From Alkalilimnicola ehrlichii MLHE-1 (GTDB lineage Bacteria; Pseudomonadota; Gammaproteobacteria; Nitrococcales; Halorhodospiraceae), in contig NC_008340.1 in NCBI RefSeq assembly GCF_000014785.1, positions 2,970,001 through 3,002,000 on the forward strand: DNA of 32,000 bases. The letters are read 5' to 3'. Both the position numbers and the translations under genes were made by a program. Of the stretch, positions 22,171 through 31,623 are shown in pieces. How positions within the stretch are numbered: position 1 is the stretch's first letter; the number at the start of each line of letters is the position of its first letter. The notes under the pieces were generated by a model. The model did no database searches. It had not been told where the DNA came from and was given only the letters and a program-made list of their open reading frames with translations.

Positions 22171-22316
22171 CATCGGCCTTTGCGGCCCGGGACCGACGGG
22201 CCGGCTATCCACCGGACTGTACACAGGTAGGGAAACGCTTCCCTAAGGGGCCCGGATCCGCCAGCGCGGCAACCGGTTCCCGGCACGAACATCTGCGGAT
22301 TCAGGAGTCAGCCCTC

Positions 22317-22553
22317 ATGTCCAAGGTTTGCCAGGTGACGGGCAAGCGGCCCACCACCGGAAATAACGTCTCGCACGCGAACAACAAGACCAAGCGCCGG
22401 TTCCTTCCGAACCTGCACCATCATCGCTTCTGGGTCGAGAGCGAGCAGCGCTTTGTGCGCCTGCGCGTCTCTTCCAAGGGCATGCGCATCATCGACCGCA
22501 AGGGTATCGACCAGGTCCTCAGCGACCTGCGCGCCCGCGGCGAGAAAGTTTAA
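22317..22553 (+). CDS. rpmB: 50S ribosomal protein L28
   Basis: 78 aa; [42 protein letters not shown]. Confidence 0.98.
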   Translation: MSKVCQVTGKRPTTGNNVSHANNKTKRRFLPNLHHHRFWVESEQRFVRLRVSSKGMRIIDRKGIDQVLSDLRARGEKV

Positions 22554-22568
22554 GCGCGGAGGTTAATC

Positions 22569-22724
22569 ATGCGCGACAAGATCAAGCTCGTCTCCACCGC
22601 CGGCACCGGCCACTACTACACCACCGACAAGAACAAGCGGAACACCCCCCACAAGCTGGAGTTCCGCAAGTACGACCCGGTGGTGCGCAAGCACGTGCTC
22701 TACCGCGAGGCCAAGATCAAGTAA
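22569..22724 (+). CDS. rpmG: 50S ribosomal protein L33
   Basis: 51 aa, shorter than the ORF-track cutoff; translates [51 protein letters not shown]; directly follows rpmB. Confidence 0.98.
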   Translation: MRDKIKLVSTAGTGHYYTTDKNKRNTPHKLEFRKYDPVVRKHVLYREAKIK

Positions 22725-22743
22725 GACCTCTGCCTGACGAACA

Positions 22744-22783
22744 AAAAAACCCCGCCTGGCGATAGCGCCGGGCGGGGTTTTTT
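22744..22783. terminator. Bidirectional rho-independent terminator between rpmG and the convergent DUF411 gene
   Basis: aaaaaaccccgcctggcgatagcgccgggcggggtttttt: GC stem flanked by an A-run and a T-run. Confidence 0.92.
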
Positions 22784-22800
22784 GTTGCCGGGCACGCACC

Positions 22801-23256
22801 CTACTCGTAGCGGGCGTAGACCTCGACCCGGCCCTGCGCATCGAAGGTCAACACCTGGTAGGGGTCCTTGTGGCCGACCTCCATACCGGGGGAGCCCGCC
22901 GGCATGCCAGGCACGGTCAGACCGCGCACGCGCTCCGGCCGCTCCTCGAGCAACCTCAGGATGTCTTCCGCCGGCACGTGGCCTTCAATGACGTAACCGT
23001 CGATCTCTGCGGTATGGCAGGAGGCCAGCTCCCGGGTGATGCCAAAGCGTTGCTTCACCGGGTTCATATCCCGCCGTTCCACCGACGTGACCTCAAAGCC
23101 GTGTTCGCGCAGGTGGTCCTCCCAGTCGGTGCAGCAGCCGCAATAGGGCGATTTGTAGACGGTGGCCTGGGGCGGCGGTGCCGCCAGGACGAGCGCGGGC
23201 AGCAGCGCCAGGGCCAGGACAGCCGCGGGCAGGGCGTGGCGAAGGGGCATGACCAT
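22801..23256 (-). CDS. DUF411 metal-binding-type periplasmic protein
   Basis: 151 aa; signal peptide, then VYKSPYCGCCTDWEDHLREHGFEV...GYVIEGHVPAEDILRLL...GLTVPGMPAGSPGME. Confidence 0.92.
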   Translation of the reverse strand: MVMPLRHALPAAVLALALLPALVLAAPPPQATVYKSPYCGCCTDWEDHLREHGFEVTSVERRDMNPVKQRFGITRELASCHTAEIDGYVIEGHVPAEDILRLLEERPERVRGLTVPGMPAGSPGMEVGHKDPYQVLTFDAQGRVEVYARYE

Positions 23257-23350
23257 GGGAACCTCCGGAAGCAGTGGTCTGGAGGCATCTTAAAACACCC
23301 CTCAGCGCCGGCAAGCAACGACTGGTTTGGGCGCTATAACTAAACCTTCT

Positions 23351-25327
23351 TTATGCCCGCTCCATCAGCAGGTTGCCGTACTCATCCACCCGCGCCGTCC
23401 AGCCCGGCGCCAGCCAGGTGGTGGCGACCTGCTCGGTGACCAGCGCCGGGCCACGCAGCACCTGCCCCGCCCCCAGCCGTGCCCGATCGTAGACCGGCAC
23501 CTCTCCGGCCACCCCGTGCACCCGGCCCAGGGCCACCGGACCGCCCTCACCCGGCAGCAACCGCGGTAGCGGCGGCACCGGCCGGGGGCCCGTCACCGAC
23601 TGGCGGACGTTGACCAGCTCGACCGGCTCCTCCAACCGATGGCCGTAGCGCTGCTCGTGCAGCCGATGGAAGGCCTCCAGGGTGGCCGCCACCCCCGACC
23701 AGGCCACGTTCAGGGTGTAGGCCTGCCCCTGGTAGCGCAGATCCAGCGAGGGATGGGTCCGCTGCTCGGCCACGGCCACCCCCTCGGCGCTCAAGGCCCG
23801 GCGCCCGGAGTCGGCCAGCGCGGCCAGCACCTGCTCCACCCGCTCCGCACCCAGCGCGCTCAGTGGCCCGGTCAGGGTACGCGAGAGCTGCCGACCGCGG
23901 GGCGCCGCCAGCATGCCCAGGGCGGAGAGCACCCCGGCGTGCACCGGGACCAGGGCGCGGGACATATCCAGGGCCTCGGCCAGGGCGCAGACATGCAGCC
24001 CGCCGGCGCCACCGAAGGAGAGCAGGGTGAAGTCCCGCGGATCCAGCCCCCGTTCCACGGAGATCACCCGCAGGGCCCGTGCCATATGCTCGTTGGCCAG
24101 GCGCAGCACCCCCTCGGCGGCCTGCTCCGGGGACAGGGCCAGCCCCTCACCCAGGCGGGTCAGGGCCTGCCGGGCCGCGGCCGGCTCCAAGGTCATATCA
24201 CCGCCCAGGAAGGCGTCGGGGCGCAGCCGACCCAACACCAGGTGGGCGTCGGTCACGGTAGCCCCGGCCCCGCCACGCCCGTAACAGGCCGGCCCCGGGT
24301 CGGCACCTGCGGAGCGTGGCCCCACCTGCAGCAAGCCCCCGGCGTCCACCGAGGCCAGCGAGCCGCCGCCGGCCCCGATCGTGTGCATATCCACCATGGG
24401 CACGGCCACCGGCCAGCCGCCGATGTGGCCCTCGGAGGTCAGGGCCGGCTCGCCGTCGATCACCGCCACGTCGGTGGAGGTGCCACCCATGTCGAAGCTG
24501 AGCAGCCGGGGCTCACCGGCCAGCTCACCCAGATAGCGCCCCGCCATCAGCCCACCGGCCGGGCCGGAGAGCAACAGGTTGACCGCCATGCGCGCCGCCT
24601 GGTCGGCGGCCACCCGCTCGCCAGAGCTCTGCATCACCGAGACCGACGCCTTGGGCAGGGCCTGGGTGAGCCGGTTCAGGTAACCGGACATGACCGGCCC
24701 CACGCGGGCATTCAGCCAGGTGGCGATGCCGCGTTCGTACTCCCCGTATTCCGCCAGCACTTTGTGCGAGCGGGCGACGAAGACCCCCTCCGGCACCCGC
24801 GCGGCCAGGGTGTCTTCCGGACCGCCATCGACGAAGGAGAAGGGCAGGTTGATGGCCACCGCTTCGGGGCGCCGTTCGGCAAGGGCCTGATCAAAGGCGG
24901 CCAGGTCCTCGTCGCTGAGCGGATCCACCAGTGCGCCGTCCGGGCCCAGCCGGCCGCCGGTCTCCCAGCACAGCTCCGGCGGCACCGGCGGTTCGGCGGG
25001 GGCCAGCTCCAGGGCGTAGAGTCGCTCGCGGTGTTGGCGCCCCAGGGTGAGCACATCCCCCAGTCCGCGGCCGGTCACGTACATCACCCGCGCACCCTGC
25101 CCCTCCAGGACGGCGTTGGTGGCCACCGTGGACCCGTGCATAAGCCGCAACGGCTCATCCGCCAGGCCCAGTTCCCGCACCCCCTGCAGGATCGCCGCCT
25201 CCGGGCGCTCGGGGGTGGACAACACCTTGTGGATCCGCAGCCGCTCGCCGTCGGAACAAACGAAGTCGGTGAATGTCCCTCCGGTATCGACACCCAGTAG
25301 TTGCACCTGTGCACCCTCTTTGGTCAT
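23351..25327 (-). CDS. Hydantoinase A / 5-oxoprolinase N-terminal family protein
   Basis: 658 aa; VQLLGVDTGGTFTDFVCSDG; LMHGSTVATNAVLEGQGARV; LLSFDMGGTSTDVAVIDG; LSFGGAGGLHVCALAEAL. Confidence 0.93.
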   Translation of the reverse strand: MTKEGAQVQLLGVDTGGTFTDFVCSDGERLRIHKVLSTPERPEAAILQGVRELGLADEPLRLMHGSTVATNAVLEGQGARVMYVTGRGLGDVLTLGRQHRERLYALELAPAEPPVPPELCWETGGRLGPDGALVDPLSDEDLAAFDQALAERRPEAVAINLPFSFVDGGPEDTLAARVPEGVFVARSHKVLAEYGEYERGIATWLNARVGPVMSGYLNRLTQALPKASVSVMQSSGERVAADQAARMAVNLLLSGPAGGLMAGRYLGELAGEPRLLSFDMGGTSTDVAVIDGEPALTSEGHIGGWPVAVPMVDMHTIGAGGGSLASVDAGGLLQVGPRSAGADPGPACYGRGGAGATVTDAHLVLGRLRPDAFLGGDMTLEPAAARQALTRLGEGLALSPEQAAEGVLRLANEHMARALRVISVERGLDPRDFTLLSFGGAGGLHVCALAEALDMSRALVPVHAGVLSALGMLAAPRGRQLSRTLTGPLSALGAERVEQVLAALADSGRRALSAEGVAVAEQRTHPSLDLRYQGQAYTLNVAWSGVAATLEAFHRLHEQRYGHRLEEPVELVNVRQSVTGPRPVPPLPRLLPGEGGPVALGRVHGVAGEVPVYDRARLGAGQVLRGPALVTEQVATTWLAPGWTARVDEYGNLLMERA

Positions 25328-25362
25328 GCTTGCCCGCGTTCACTGGCGGAAAGGATCGACTC

Positions 25363-26340
25363 GTGCCCGACAGCCCCCCTACAACGGCGCGTCAGCCCGC
25401 CGGCCCGGCGAGTGAGGATACCGCGCCCGGCGCCCTGCTGCAGGCCGAGCACCTCAGCCGCCATTATGCCAGCCACACCGCCTTGAGCGGGTTCAGCCTG
25501 ACGCTGCACCGCGGCGAGGTGGTGGGCCTGCTCGGCCCAAACGGCGCTGGCAAGAGCACTGCCCTCAAGCTCCTGGCCGGCGTGCTCCCGCCTTCCTCCG
25601 GGCGCGCCCGGCTGGCCGGGCACGACCTGATCGATGCCGGTCAGCGCTACCGCCGCCAGCTCGGCTATCTGCCGGAACGCCCACCGCTCTACCCGGACAT
25701 GCGGGTGCACGACTACCTGCGCTTCTGTGCCCGACTGCGCGGTGCCGACGGTGGACGCACCGCGGTGGGCCGGGCGCTGACGGAGTGCGGCCTGGAGGCG
25801 ATGGCCGACCGACGCCTGGATCAGCTCTCCCAGGGCTACCGGCAGCGGGTGGGGATCGCGCAGGCGGTGGTCCACCGCCCACCGCTGATCATCCTCGACG
25901 AGCCCACCGTGGGCCTGGATCCGCGGCAGCTTCAGGGGATCCGTCAACTCATCCGCCGCTTGGCCCGGGCCCACGGGATTCTCCTCTCCAGCCACCTGCT
26001 CCCGGAGATCCAGGCCCTGGCCGACCGGGTGATCATCCTACAACGGGGGCGCATCTGCCATCAGGGACCGGCCCGCGGTGAGCCCCACGCCCGGCGCTTC
26101 AACGCCCGCTTCCGACGGGATCCGCACGCCGGTGCCCTGGAAGGGCTGCCCGGCGTGGCCGCCGCCCGGGCTGTGGCCCCGGAGCACTGGCAGTTGCGGC
26201 TGACACCGGATGCCGATCCGGACCGCGTGATCAGCGCGGTGGCCGCCGCGGGTTGGGGACTGGAGGCTTGGCAGCCCGCCGGCGATTCGCTGGAGCAGGT
26301 CTTTCTGCGGGCGACGCAAGGTCCCGGGGGGGAGGCATGA
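25363..26340 (+). CDS. ABC-2-type transporter ATP-binding protein (GldA/CcmA-like)
   Basis: Likely GTG start at 25363 with ggaaagg ribosome-binding site. Walker A GLLGPNGAGKST; signature LSQGYRQRVGIAQA; Walker B LIILDEPTVGLDP. Confidence 0.9.
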   Translation: MPDSPPTTARQPAGPASEDTAPGALLQAEHLSRHYASHTALSGFSLTLHRGEVVGLLGPNGAGKSTALKLLAGVLPPSSGRARLAGHDLIDAGQRYRRQLGYLPERPPLYPDMRVHDYLRFCARLRGADGGRTAVGRALTECGLEAMADRRLDQLSQGYRQRVGIAQAVVHRPPLIILDEPTVGLDPRQLQGIRQLIRRLARAHGILLSSHLLPEIQALADRVIILQRGRICHQGPARGEPHARRFNARFRRDPHAGALEGLPGVAAARAVAPEHWQLRLTPDADPDRVISAVAAAGWGLEAWQPAGDSLEQVFLRATQGPGGEA

Positions 26341-27089
26341 TCGCGCTGATGCAACGGGAGCTTCGCGCCCTGCTGGGCAGCCCCCTATTCTGGGGGACCG
26401 CGGCCATCGCCCAGTTGATCTTGGGCTGGTGGTTCCTGAGCCTGGTGGACCGCTTCCGCGATCACTACCAGGGGCTGCTCACCCGGACCGACAGCGCACT
26501 GGGGGTGACCGACCTGGTGGTCCAGCCCTACTTCGGCAGTTTCGTACTCCTGGTGCTGCTGATACTGGTGGTCTCGGTGCTCGCCATGGGCGCCCTGGCC
26601 GACGAGCGGCGCAGCGGCAGCCTGCCGCTGCTGCTCAGCGCCCCGATCAACAGCGGCGCTATCGTGCTGGGTAAGTATTTGGGGCGGCTGCTGCCACTGA
26701 CCCTGATCATCGCCCTGTGGTCGGTGATGCCAGTGTCGCTGCGGCTGTTCACCGACGTCGATCCCGGGGTACTGGCGGCCGCGGTGCTGGGCCTGTGGCT
26801 GATGGGTGCGGCACTGCTGGCGGTGGGGGTCTTTCTCTCCACCCTGACCGCCCAGCCGGGTCTGGCCGCCGCCAACACCTTTGGCTTCGCCCTGTTGCTG
26901 ATGCTGGTGGGCCAGGGCACCGGGCTGGAGGCCGGCGACGCCGTGCTCACCGGGATCGGTCTGGTGACCCACTACGAGCCGCTGGTGACCGGGCGTGTGG
27001 GCACGGATGCACTGGCCTATTTCGGCCTGTTACTGGTCGGCTCTCTCCTCTTCGCGACCCGGCGCGTGGATGCGCTGCGACTCTCCTGA
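26337..27089 (+). CDS. ABC-2-type transporter permease (GldF-like)
   Basis: 250 aa from MIALMQRELRALLGSPLFWGTAAIAQLILGWWFL (ATGA overlap with the ATPase gene); multiple TM helices. Confidence 0.9.
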   Translation: MIALMQRELRALLGSPLFWGTAAIAQLILGWWFLSLVDRFRDHYQGLLTRTDSALGVTDLVVQPYFGSFVLLVLLILVVSVLAMGALADERRSGSLPLLLSAPINSGAIVLGKYLGRLLPLTLIIALWSVMPVSLRLFTDVDPGVLAAAVLGLWLMGAALLAVGVFLSTLTAQPGLAAANTFGFALLLMLVGQGTGLEAGDAVLTGIGLVTHYEPLVTGRVGTDALAYFGLLLVGSLLFATRRVDALRLS

Positions 27090-27100
27090 GGCCACCGACC

Positions 27101-28414
27101 ATGCGCATGAACCCCCGCACACGCTGGCTGCTGCGACTCAACGCCGTGCTGTTCACCGCCGCCACCCTGGTGGCGCTGGCGGCGCTGGGTTGGATGAGCC
27201 AACGCTTCGTGCTTACCTGGGACTGGAGCGGGCAACACCGGGCCGGGCTCAGCGAGCAGAGTGTTCGGTTGCTGGAGGGCCTGGAGACACCGCCCCGGCT
27301 CACCGCCTTCGTCACCCCCGGGGGTGAGTTGGCGGACCAGGTGGAGCGCCTGGCCCGGCGCTACCGCGGCCACCGGCCGGACCTGGTGCTGGAGACGGTC
27401 GATCCGCGCCGGGAGCCGGACCGGGTGCGCCGCGCTGGTGTCGATCACGAGGGTGAGCTGCTGGTCGAGCTGGGCGAGCGCCGGGAGCGGGCCGCCGCCC
27501 CCACGGAGGCCCATGTCAGCCGGGCCCTGGAGCGCCTGCTCAGGGAGCGGGAGCGGCGGGTGGCCTGGTTGACCGACCATGGCCAGCGCGACCTGCAAGG
27601 GCAGGCCAACCACGACCTGGGTCGGCTGGGGGAGGCGCTGGCGCAGGAGGGGCACCACCTGCAGGGGTTGTCCCTCCTGCGCCAGCCGCTGATCCCGGAG
27701 AACACCGACCTGCTGGTGCTGGCCGGTCCCCAGGTGGACCTTCTCGAGGGCGAGCGCCGGCTGCTCCGGCGCCATGTGGCCGGCGGGGGCAACCTGCTCT
27801 GGCTGCTCGAGCCGGAGGACTTGCACCGCCTGCCGGGGCTGGCCGCGGACCTGGGCGTCACCGTCCTCGGCCACCCGGTGCGTGACCCGCGCACCCAGGA
27901 ATTGCTGGGCACGGGCGACCCCGGGCTCAGCTTGGTGGATGAACACCCGGCGCATCCGGTGATGGAGGCGATCTCCGGGCCGGTACTGCTGCCCTACACC
28001 GCCGCGCTGGCGATCGCCCCCGCCGCCGATGACCGCTGGCGGGTGCGGCCGTTGCTCCGGGGCGCCGAGCACCATGAACTCGACGCCGCGGCCGAACCCC
28101 CCTTCCTGCTCGGCGCCACCCTGGAGCGCCCACGCCCCCATGGGGGAGAGCAGCGGGTCGCCATCATCGGCGGCGGCGATTTCCTCAGCAACCGGTTCCT
28201 GGGTAACGCCGCCAACCGCAGCCTGGGCCTGGCCCTTGCGGACTGGCTGACCGACCCGGGGGAACCGGAGACCGACTTCACCGCGCCGGGGCTGGATCAG
28301 CGCCTGGACATGGGCCCGGTGGCGGTGACGCTGTTCGGCTTCGGCTTCCTGATCGGCCTGCCGGCCCTGCTCGCCCTGGTGGGTGGTTTGATGTGGTGGC
28401 GGGGGCAGCGCTGA
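27101..28414 (+). CDS. GldG-like ABC transporter auxiliary protein
   Basis: 437 aa from MRMNPRTRWLLRLNAVLFTAATLVALAALG; N- and C-terminal TM helices; VAWLTDHGQRDLQGQANHDLGRLGEALAQEG and DLLVLAGPQVDL as in GldG-type proteins. Confidence 0.82.
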   Translation: MRMNPRTRWLLRLNAVLFTAATLVALAALGWMSQRFVLTWDWSGQHRAGLSEQSVRLLEGLETPPRLTAFVTPGGELADQVERLARRYRGHRPDLVLETVDPRREPDRVRRAGVDHEGELLVELGERRERAAAPTEAHVSRALERLLRERERRVAWLTDHGQRDLQGQANHDLGRLGEALAQEGHHLQGLSLLRQPLIPENTDLLVLAGPQVDLLEGERRLLRRHVAGGGNLLWLLEPEDLHRLPGLAADLGVTVLGHPVRDPRTQELLGTGDPGLSLVDEHPAHPVMEAISGPVLLPYTAALAIAPAADDRWRVRPLLRGAEHHELDAAAEPPFLLGATLERPRPHGGEQRVAIIGGGDFLSNRFLGNAANRSLGLALADWLTDPGEPETDFTAPGLDQRLDMGPVAVTLFGFGFLIGLPALLALVGGLMWWRGQR

Positions 28415-28914
28415 TGGCCCGGCGACTGATCCTGACCCTGATCGCGCTCATCCTGGCCTGCACCCTGGCCGCGGGCGCCTGGCAGCTGGCGGGGACACCG
28501 GAACAGGCGCGCATGAGCCGGCTGAGCCCCGCAGACGCGGTGAGCATCCGGCTGCAGCGCCCGGACCGGCCGCCGGTCAGCCTGGAGCGGCGCAACGGCG
28601 ACTGGTGGGTCACGCAGCCGGAGGAACGGCCGGCCAGCGGCACCCACGTCCGGGCGCTGTTGCGCATCCTCGACGAGCCCCAACCGGAGACACGCTTCGC
28701 CGCCGCCGACAGCGACCCGGCGACCTACGGCCTGGAGCCGCCATCGGCGGTGCTGGAGATCAACGGCCAACGCTGGCACTTCGGCGACCGCCACCCGCTG
28801 GGGGAGCAGCGCTATGTGCTCCACCGGGGCGAAATTGCGCTCCTGCCCGACCACTACGCGCCCCTGGTCCGCGGCCCTTGGCAACAGCTCACCGCGGAGG
28901 AGCCTCCCCGATGA
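28414..28914 (+). CDS. Short DUF4340-like protein
   Basis: 166 aa from MARRLILTLIALILACTLAAGAWQL (ATGA overlap); TYGLEPPSAVLEINGQRWHFGD is DUF4340-like; position after a GldG-like gene fits. Confidence 0.7.
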   Translation: MARRLILTLIALILACTLAAGAWQLAGTPEQARMSRLSPADAVSIRLQRPDRPPVSLERRNGDWWVTQPEERPASGTHVRALLRILDEPQPETRFAAADSDPATYGLEPPSAVLEINGQRWHFGDRHPLGEQRYVLHRGEIALLPDHYAPLVRGPWQQLTAEEPPR

Positions 28915-28947
28915 TCCCCGAACCCGGCCGGCGGCCCGGCGCGCTCC

Positions 28948-29781
28948 ATGCCTGAGCTGCCCGAAGTGGAGACCACCCGGCGCGGCCTCGCCCCGCTGCT
29001 GGAGGGCCGGCGTGTAACCGGAATGACCGTGCGCCAGGCCCGGCTGCGCTGGCCGGTACCGGCGGGCCTGCCCGATGCCATCACCGGCCAGACGATCCGG
29101 GCCGTGGACCGGCGGGCCAAATACCTGCTCTTCCGTACCCCGGCGGGGACGCTGATCCTGCATCTGGGGATGTCCGGCAGCCTGCGGGTGATCCCCGGCC
29201 AGCAGGCCGGCGCGTGCGCCGTCCCCCCCGGGCGCCACGACCATGTGGACCTGCGCCTGGCCGACGGCAGCTGCCTGCGCTATACCGATCCGCGCCGGTT
29301 CGGCAGCCTCCACTGGTGCACCGGTGAACCGGAGGCGCACTGGCTGCTCCACCGGCTGGGTCCGGAGCCCTTCGACACCGCCTTCGACGGCGATAGGCTC
29401 CACCGCCTGAGCCGCGGCCGGCGAACCAGCGTCAAGGCCTTCATCATGGACAGCGGGATCGTGGTGGGGGTGGGGAACATCTACGCCAGCGAGTCGCTGT
29501 TCCGGGCCGGCATCCACCCGGGACGCCCGGCCGGGCGGGTGGGCCTCGCTCGTTACCGGCGCCTGGCCGGCGCCGTGCGCGAGGTGCTGGCCGAGGCCAT
29601 AGCCGCCGGTGGCACGACCCTGCGGGACTTCACCGCCAGCGACGGCCGCCCCGGCTACTTCGCCCAGACCCTCAACGTCTATGGCCGGGCGGGCGCGCCC
29701 TGCCCCCGCTGCGGCCGGTCCATCCGTCAGCGACGCATCGCACAGCGCTCCACCTGGTATTGCCCGGGCTGCCAGCGCTGA
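28948..29781 (+). CDS. mutM: Formamidopyrimidine-DNA glycosylase
   Basis: 277 aa; [14 protein letters not shown]; LGMSGSLRV; DPRRFGSL; [13 protein letters not shown]; C-terminal zinc finger CPRCG...[10 protein letters not shown]. Confidence 0.98.
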   Translation: MPELPEVETTRRGLAPLLEGRRVTGMTVRQARLRWPVPAGLPDAITGQTIRAVDRRAKYLLFRTPAGTLILHLGMSGSLRVIPGQQAGACAVPPGRHDHVDLRLADGSCLRYTDPRRFGSLHWCTGEPEAHWLLHRLGPEPFDTAFDGDRLHRLSRGRRTSVKAFIMDSGIVVGVGNIYASESLFRAGIHPGRPAGRVGLARYRRLAGAVREVLAEAIAAGGTTLRDFTASDGRPGYFAQTLNVYGRAGAPCPRCGRSIRQRRIAQRSTWYCPGCQR

Positions 29782-29791
29782 CCGCCCGCAG

Positions 29792-31453
29792 TCAGCTTTC
29801 GTCCTCGCCGGCACCGGGGGCGTCACCGCCCTCGGCCAACGCCCGGCGCAGCACCTTGCCGCCGGGGGTGCGGGGCAACTCGTCCACCAGGGTGATGCGG
29901 CGCGGCGTCACCGCCGGCCCCAGGGCGCGGCGGGCGTAGACGAGCAATTCGCGGCGCAGCCGTTCCGGGTCCTCCGGCCGGGCGTTCGGCACCACCCAGG
30001 CCGCCACGACGGTATGGGTCAGGCGATGGGGCACCCCGGCCACGGCGCTTTCCGCCACCGCCGGGTGCCGGTTGAGCACCGCCTCCACCTCGGCCGGACC
30101 CACCATGTAGCCGCGCGTCTTGATCACGTCGTCGGAGCGGCCGAGGAACTGCAGCTCACCGTCCGGCAGCCGCTTCGCCAAGTCACCGGACAGGTACCAG
30201 CCGTCCAAGAAGGCCTGCCGGTACCGCTCGGTGTCGCCCAGATAGGCCAGAAACTGCGACGGCCAGCCGCTGCGCACGGCAATCTCCCCCACCTCCCCAC
30301 GCGGCACCCGGGTCACGCCATCGTCGCCATGGCGGACCAGAGCCACCTCGATACCGGGCACCGCCCGCCCCATGCGTCCCGGGGCCACCGGCTCATCCCC
30401 GTACTGGGCGATCATGATCACCCCGGTCTCCGACTGCCACCAGCCATTGCGCGCGGGGGTACCGAAGGTCGCCTGCGACCAATGGGTGAGCGGGGCGTCC
30501 AGCGGTTCACCGGTGCTGAACAACCGCTGCAGGGCGGAGAGATCCACCCCGTCGGCGATCTCGGTGCCGGCCCGACGGAGCAGTCGCAGGGCGGTCGGGG
30601 AGGTCACCCAGGACTGGATGCGCTCCTGCTCCAGCAACCCGTACCAGCGCTGCGCCTCGAAGGGGGGTTCGTCGATCAGGGTGGTGGCACCGCAGAGCAG
30701 CGGCACCAGCATGGCGTAGGAGACCCCGGTGACCCAGCCGAGGTCCGCCGTACACCAGTGGCGACTGCCCGGCGACAGCTCCAGCACCAGCCGCCCGGAG
30801 GCGACATGGGCGGCGGCGGCCCGGTGGGCGTGCAGCACGCATTTGGGCGGGCCCAGCGTGCCACTGGTGAAGTGCAGCAGGGCGGGGTACTCCGGCCCCG
30901 TGGAGACTGGTGGCACCGGCTCGGCCTGGCCAATGAACCAGTCCCAGCGCTCTGCGTCAGGGGCCTCGCCGTCGAGCAGGATCACATCCTGCAGCGCCGG
31001 GAGCTGGGCCCGGATGGGCCAAATGGTCTCCCGGTAGAGCTGTTCGGTCGTCACCAGCACCCGGGCCTCGCTCACTGTCAGCCGCTGGCGCACCGGCTGA
31101 GGGCCGTAGACGGGGAACAAGGGCGCAAAGACGGCGCCCTGGCGCAGGGCGCCAAGGCCGGCGATAAAAGGCTCGGGCCGCCTGGGTGCCAGGGTACAGA
31201 CCCGCTCACCCAGGCCCACACCCCGGGCCCGGAGGGCGCCGGCAAAGCGGGCCGAGGCCTCCAGCAGTTCCGCGTAGCTGGAGGCCCGGCGCTCGTTATC
31301 CAGCCCCCGCCAGACCAGCGCCTCGTGATCGCCACCGCCCGCCTCCACGTGCCGGTCCAAAGCCTCGTAGGCCATGTTCAGCCGACCGTCCGGCAGCCCC
31401 TTCAGCCAGTGTCGCCTGATCTCGGCCCAGGAGAATCCATCCTCAGTAGCCAC
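29792..31453 (-). CDS. AMP-forming acyl/acetyl-CoA synthetase-like protein
   Basis: 553 aa; ANL-family motifs GWWQSETG, DGWYLSGDLAKR, LGRSDDVIKTRGYMVGP, LPRTPGGKVLRR. The P-loop region is divergent (TSGTLGPPKCVLHAH). Confidence 0.85.
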   Translation of the reverse strand: MATEDGFSWAEIRRHWLKGLPDGRLNMAYEALDRHVEAGGGDHEALVWRGLDNERRASSYAELLEASARFAGALRARGVGLGERVCTLAPRRPEPFIAGLGALRQGAVFAPLFPVYGPQPVRQRLTVSEARVLVTTEQLYRETIWPIRAQLPALQDVILLDGEAPDAERWDWFIGQAEPVPPVSTGPEYPALLHFTSGTLGPPKCVLHAHRAAAAHVASGRLVLELSPGSRHWCTADLGWVTGVSYAMLVPLLCGATTLIDEPPFEAQRWYGLLEQERIQSWVTSPTALRLLRRAGTEIADGVDLSALQRLFSTGEPLDAPLTHWSQATFGTPARNGWWQSETGVIMIAQYGDEPVAPGRMGRAVPGIEVALVRHGDDGVTRVPRGEVGEIAVRSGWPSQFLAYLGDTERYRQAFLDGWYLSGDLAKRLPDGELQFLGRSDDVIKTRGYMVGPAEVEAVLNRHPAVAESAVAGVPHRLTHTVVAAWVVPNARPEDPERLRRELLVYARRALGPAVTPRRITLVDELPRTPGGKVLRRALAEGGDAPGAGEDES

Positions 31454-31623
31454 CTGTGCGCACGCTCCTTACCATCCAGCGTCGATGCATCATCCAAGCC
31501 TACCAGCAAGCCGGCCAGGTCACAGCCGCCCCGTACCCGACGATGGCTCTCGCCACGGCCACTCCGGTAATATATACGGTACGGCGCACGTGTTGCGTCA
31601 CCGCCCCGGGCCCCGGAGCCGCC

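Noticed and set aside
23639-25300. 553-aa plus-strand ORF opposite the hydantoinase A gene
   Set aside because: Shadow ORF caused by codon-position GC bias. The opposite strand carries the clear family motifs.
29609-31570. 653-aa plus-strand ORF opposite the CoA ligase gene
   Set aside because: Shadow ORF. The minus strand has conserved ANL motifs.
31561-31600. AT-rich stretch gtaatatatacggtacgg upstream of the permease as a promoter/operator
   Set aside because: A -10-like sequence is present but no acceptable -35 or clear operator dyad was found. Too weak to list as a feature.
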